A DNA stretch of 64,000 bases from NCBI RefSeq assembly GCF_964204645.1, contig NC_134031.1:19723910-19787909 (forward strand). Direction: 5' to 3'. Positions 61,401-64,000 of the stretch are shown here, in pieces. This DNA is from Tubulanus polymorphus (lineage: Eukaryota > Animalia > Nemertea). The position numbers and the translations under genes are program-made. Each line of letters opens with the position of its first letter. The first letter of the stretch is position 1. Under the pieces are notes generated by a model. It was not told the DNA's origin. It did not search any database and worked only from the letters and a program-made list of their open reading frames with translations.

Positions 61401-63689
61401 ATACCATCATTATCATATCAATTTTGATGTTACACAATATATCTAAACAATTTTTACACCAAGAACCATCAATGACAATCTATTATATCTCATGGTTTTG
61501 TGCATCACGTGCGAGATGTTTTCCATCATTGGATTTCGCCTAAAACACAGTAGTGCAAAAGTGACAAACTATTTTTCGATTAACGATAAATTTCGAGGAT
61601 CATTTATCAGCGAAATGTCGAATGTTTCAAAATTGGAATCGGTTTTTCAATCGAGCGAGCCAACTTTACAAAGTTTGAGGTAAACGCCTAAACAACACAC
61701 GCCTAACTTTTCGTGTCAATAGAAATAAATAAAAATAAACTGCCAAGGGCGGCACAAGAAAACCCTGTTAATCTGGCCGTTTTTTTATTCCTGTGGCCGC
61801 CAATGAAGTTTAGCAATTTCGAATAGAAAATTGTCGAAAGTCTATTCACACCGTCCAGAAGAACAAGGCTAAAAATGATACCTTGTCTCCTTTTTTTGCT
61901 GAGCTTAAAAGTTGACCCGGTCGGCCACCTATCTACCTTGTACATTACCAAAAATTCATGATTATGTTATGCTAACAATAACAAACCCGGGAACTACAGA
62001 AATGTATTGATTGCTAATTTTATTGCGGTCTGCAAAATGACCCGGCCGATTTGGAGGAACGAGCCAATTTTTTAGCCTAATACCCAATTTTTGCGATTTT
62101 GATATAATTTGTTTATGGATCGCATTAAGCGCGTTAATTTTGTATACTGGAAACGCATTTATCGCTACCAGAAAAAAAAAACTCAAAAGCTAATTCAAAA
62201 TGAACCGCTTTTAAGTTGATTCGAAATTGGAAATTCTATACACTATTTCCTGCGTGGGACACTTTAGAAAAATATTCAAACATGCGACGGGTCGATATTT
62301 CCCTCGGTTCTTATTCAAACGATTCATTTTGAAATCTGAATTAGATTCGTTTGAAGATCTGATTTCACGGATTTTCGGCGCAGTTACTGCTTCGATCGCG
62401 TGATGTTCGACACTTTACGCGTACTGCCTAGATTTTCAGTCGGATTCATGTATATGAACTGCGTGTATTGAATTCGGTCGATGCATTATGTGTTTATGTC
62501 CGCTGTCTTTTGTCAACTTTGTTTTTTGTGAAACGTGTTTTTCTTCAAATGACATATCATCATTTTCTCGTCACATGAAAATGACAAAAAAATAATTTTT
62601 TGTATCCTTTTTACTCGTTCGTGTCCTCGTTGACAATGGGCGCTCTGTTTTTCTAAACCCACGCATATCAACGGCCTAAAAAGAGAAAGACGTTTGCGAT
62701 GATATTTTGTAAAGAAATCTAAATCGTTTGATATCTATCGCATGGACACCGACTGATCGCAGAAAAAAATTCATTTCATCACAACCGCTATTTCTGAACT
62801 ACCCTGTCAATGAATGTTATACCATCAAAAAGGAGGCAATGAACAGTGAATCAAATAAAGAAATATGAAGATAAAATGGTATTGTTAATCGTATGAATAA
62901 CCGAGCAGGTGCAATAAGTATGTATTTCTGGGAACGGTCCGAAAGTTATGCATTTCCTCGATTGAAATCATAACAAAATTCCCTACTACCTGGATGAATA
63001 GGCAGCTAACGTAATGATTATTGGCGTTATTTCTTTCACAGAAATGCGATTTATTTGTTGATAAATTGTGATGACAATTCATAAAATCGTAAATAGATAA
63101 TACGGGATGTATTGGTATATTTTCTGCACGGCCTGAGGTTCCTCGACAATTACCCGATTATCGTTCTGAGTTCAGAGCTGTCTAATAACTGGTATTTTAC
63201 TCAGCACGGTTTTTCTCTGTGAATCGCGCCGATTTGCAATTCTTTCATCGACGACGACAACGAGCGAAACGATCACGTGTCAACGCATCCGGAAAAACGG
63301 ATCCGCCCATAAATTACCAAACGACATAATCATAGTCTACACGTACGACCGAGTCGACCAATTGTATGAGTTTCTCGTCGCGTAAGAGCTCTAGTTCGGC
63401 GAACGGTCGTTCGAGGACGCCGCGATAGACTCCACCCCGCTGATAGACAGATCTGGTGAAGTATTCAGGAAAGATTTCGCTGCCGTTGTTGTCATTAAGT
63501 CGAAAGTTATCGGACGGATCAGAACTTGCAGTAGAACTAATTGAGACAATCGCGAGGAGGGATTCTTACTGAAAGGTTTCAGCGCCAGAACTGTTCGCAG
63601 AGGAAAATATCAACCGGAGCTTCACGCGTCCCGTATCTTGGTTTTAAAAGTTTATCAACGCCGGCTTCAATCTGGGGACATTCGTCAGA

Positions 63690-63821
63690 ATGGTGGAGAA
63701 AACTTCAATGACCCTTTGCGAGAGAGGGGTCGAAGTAACTGGACCACTGGATTGTCAGCATCCACATCAACCAGGCATGACCAGCATCGATACACATATC
63801 CACAGTCAACCGATGACAATG
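63690..63821 (+). CDS. Probable first coding exon (44 codons) of an unidentified gene continuing beyond the window
   Basis: agaATGg Kozak context; open frame to a consensus donor atg|gtatgt (phase 0); CpG-rich leader upstream with CATAAA at about 63308. Confidence 0.4.
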
Positions 63822-64000
63822 GTATGTATACTACTTCATTACACCTTTCTCATTTTTCGTGAAATAATTCTCAAAAGGTTTGTTAACCCTGAAGTATCAA
63901 CTGTTGATCCTGATGGTGAATTCATATTTGGGATTAAGGTCTCTCTTCAATATCTTACGCTTTGCGTTTAGACTTTAGATCATTTTGAACATTACATGTT

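Overview
AT-rich genomic DNA from a metazoan, probably an invertebrate, with spliceosomal GT-AG introns. It has no prokaryotic features. Positions 1-20.4 kb hold the 3' part (22 exons, about 1260 codons) of a + strand coiled-coil gene recognisable as FHAD1; the FHA domain lies upstream of the window. The locus looks unusually modular. A duplicated paralogous exon (3165-3353) can serve as an alternative last exon with its own 3' UTR, and a large exon inside intron 12 (12776-13322) looks like an alternative first exon, so full-length, N-terminal-only and C-terminal-only proteins are all possible. Positions 22.0-48.0 kb hold a 154-aa four-EF-hand calmodulin-like gene in three exons with a 24.3-kb first intron. 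Positions 48-63.3 kb have no recognisable gene, and the window ends in a probable first coding exon (63690-63821). The non-coding DNA carries RFX X-box-like and CTCF-like motifs, several MITE families (some nested), two tRNA-derived SINEs, degenerate LINE fragments, Penelope-type minimal hammerhead ribozyme motifs and two long microsatellites. All gene models were built by eye from splice sites, phase compatibility and protein motifs, with no database search.
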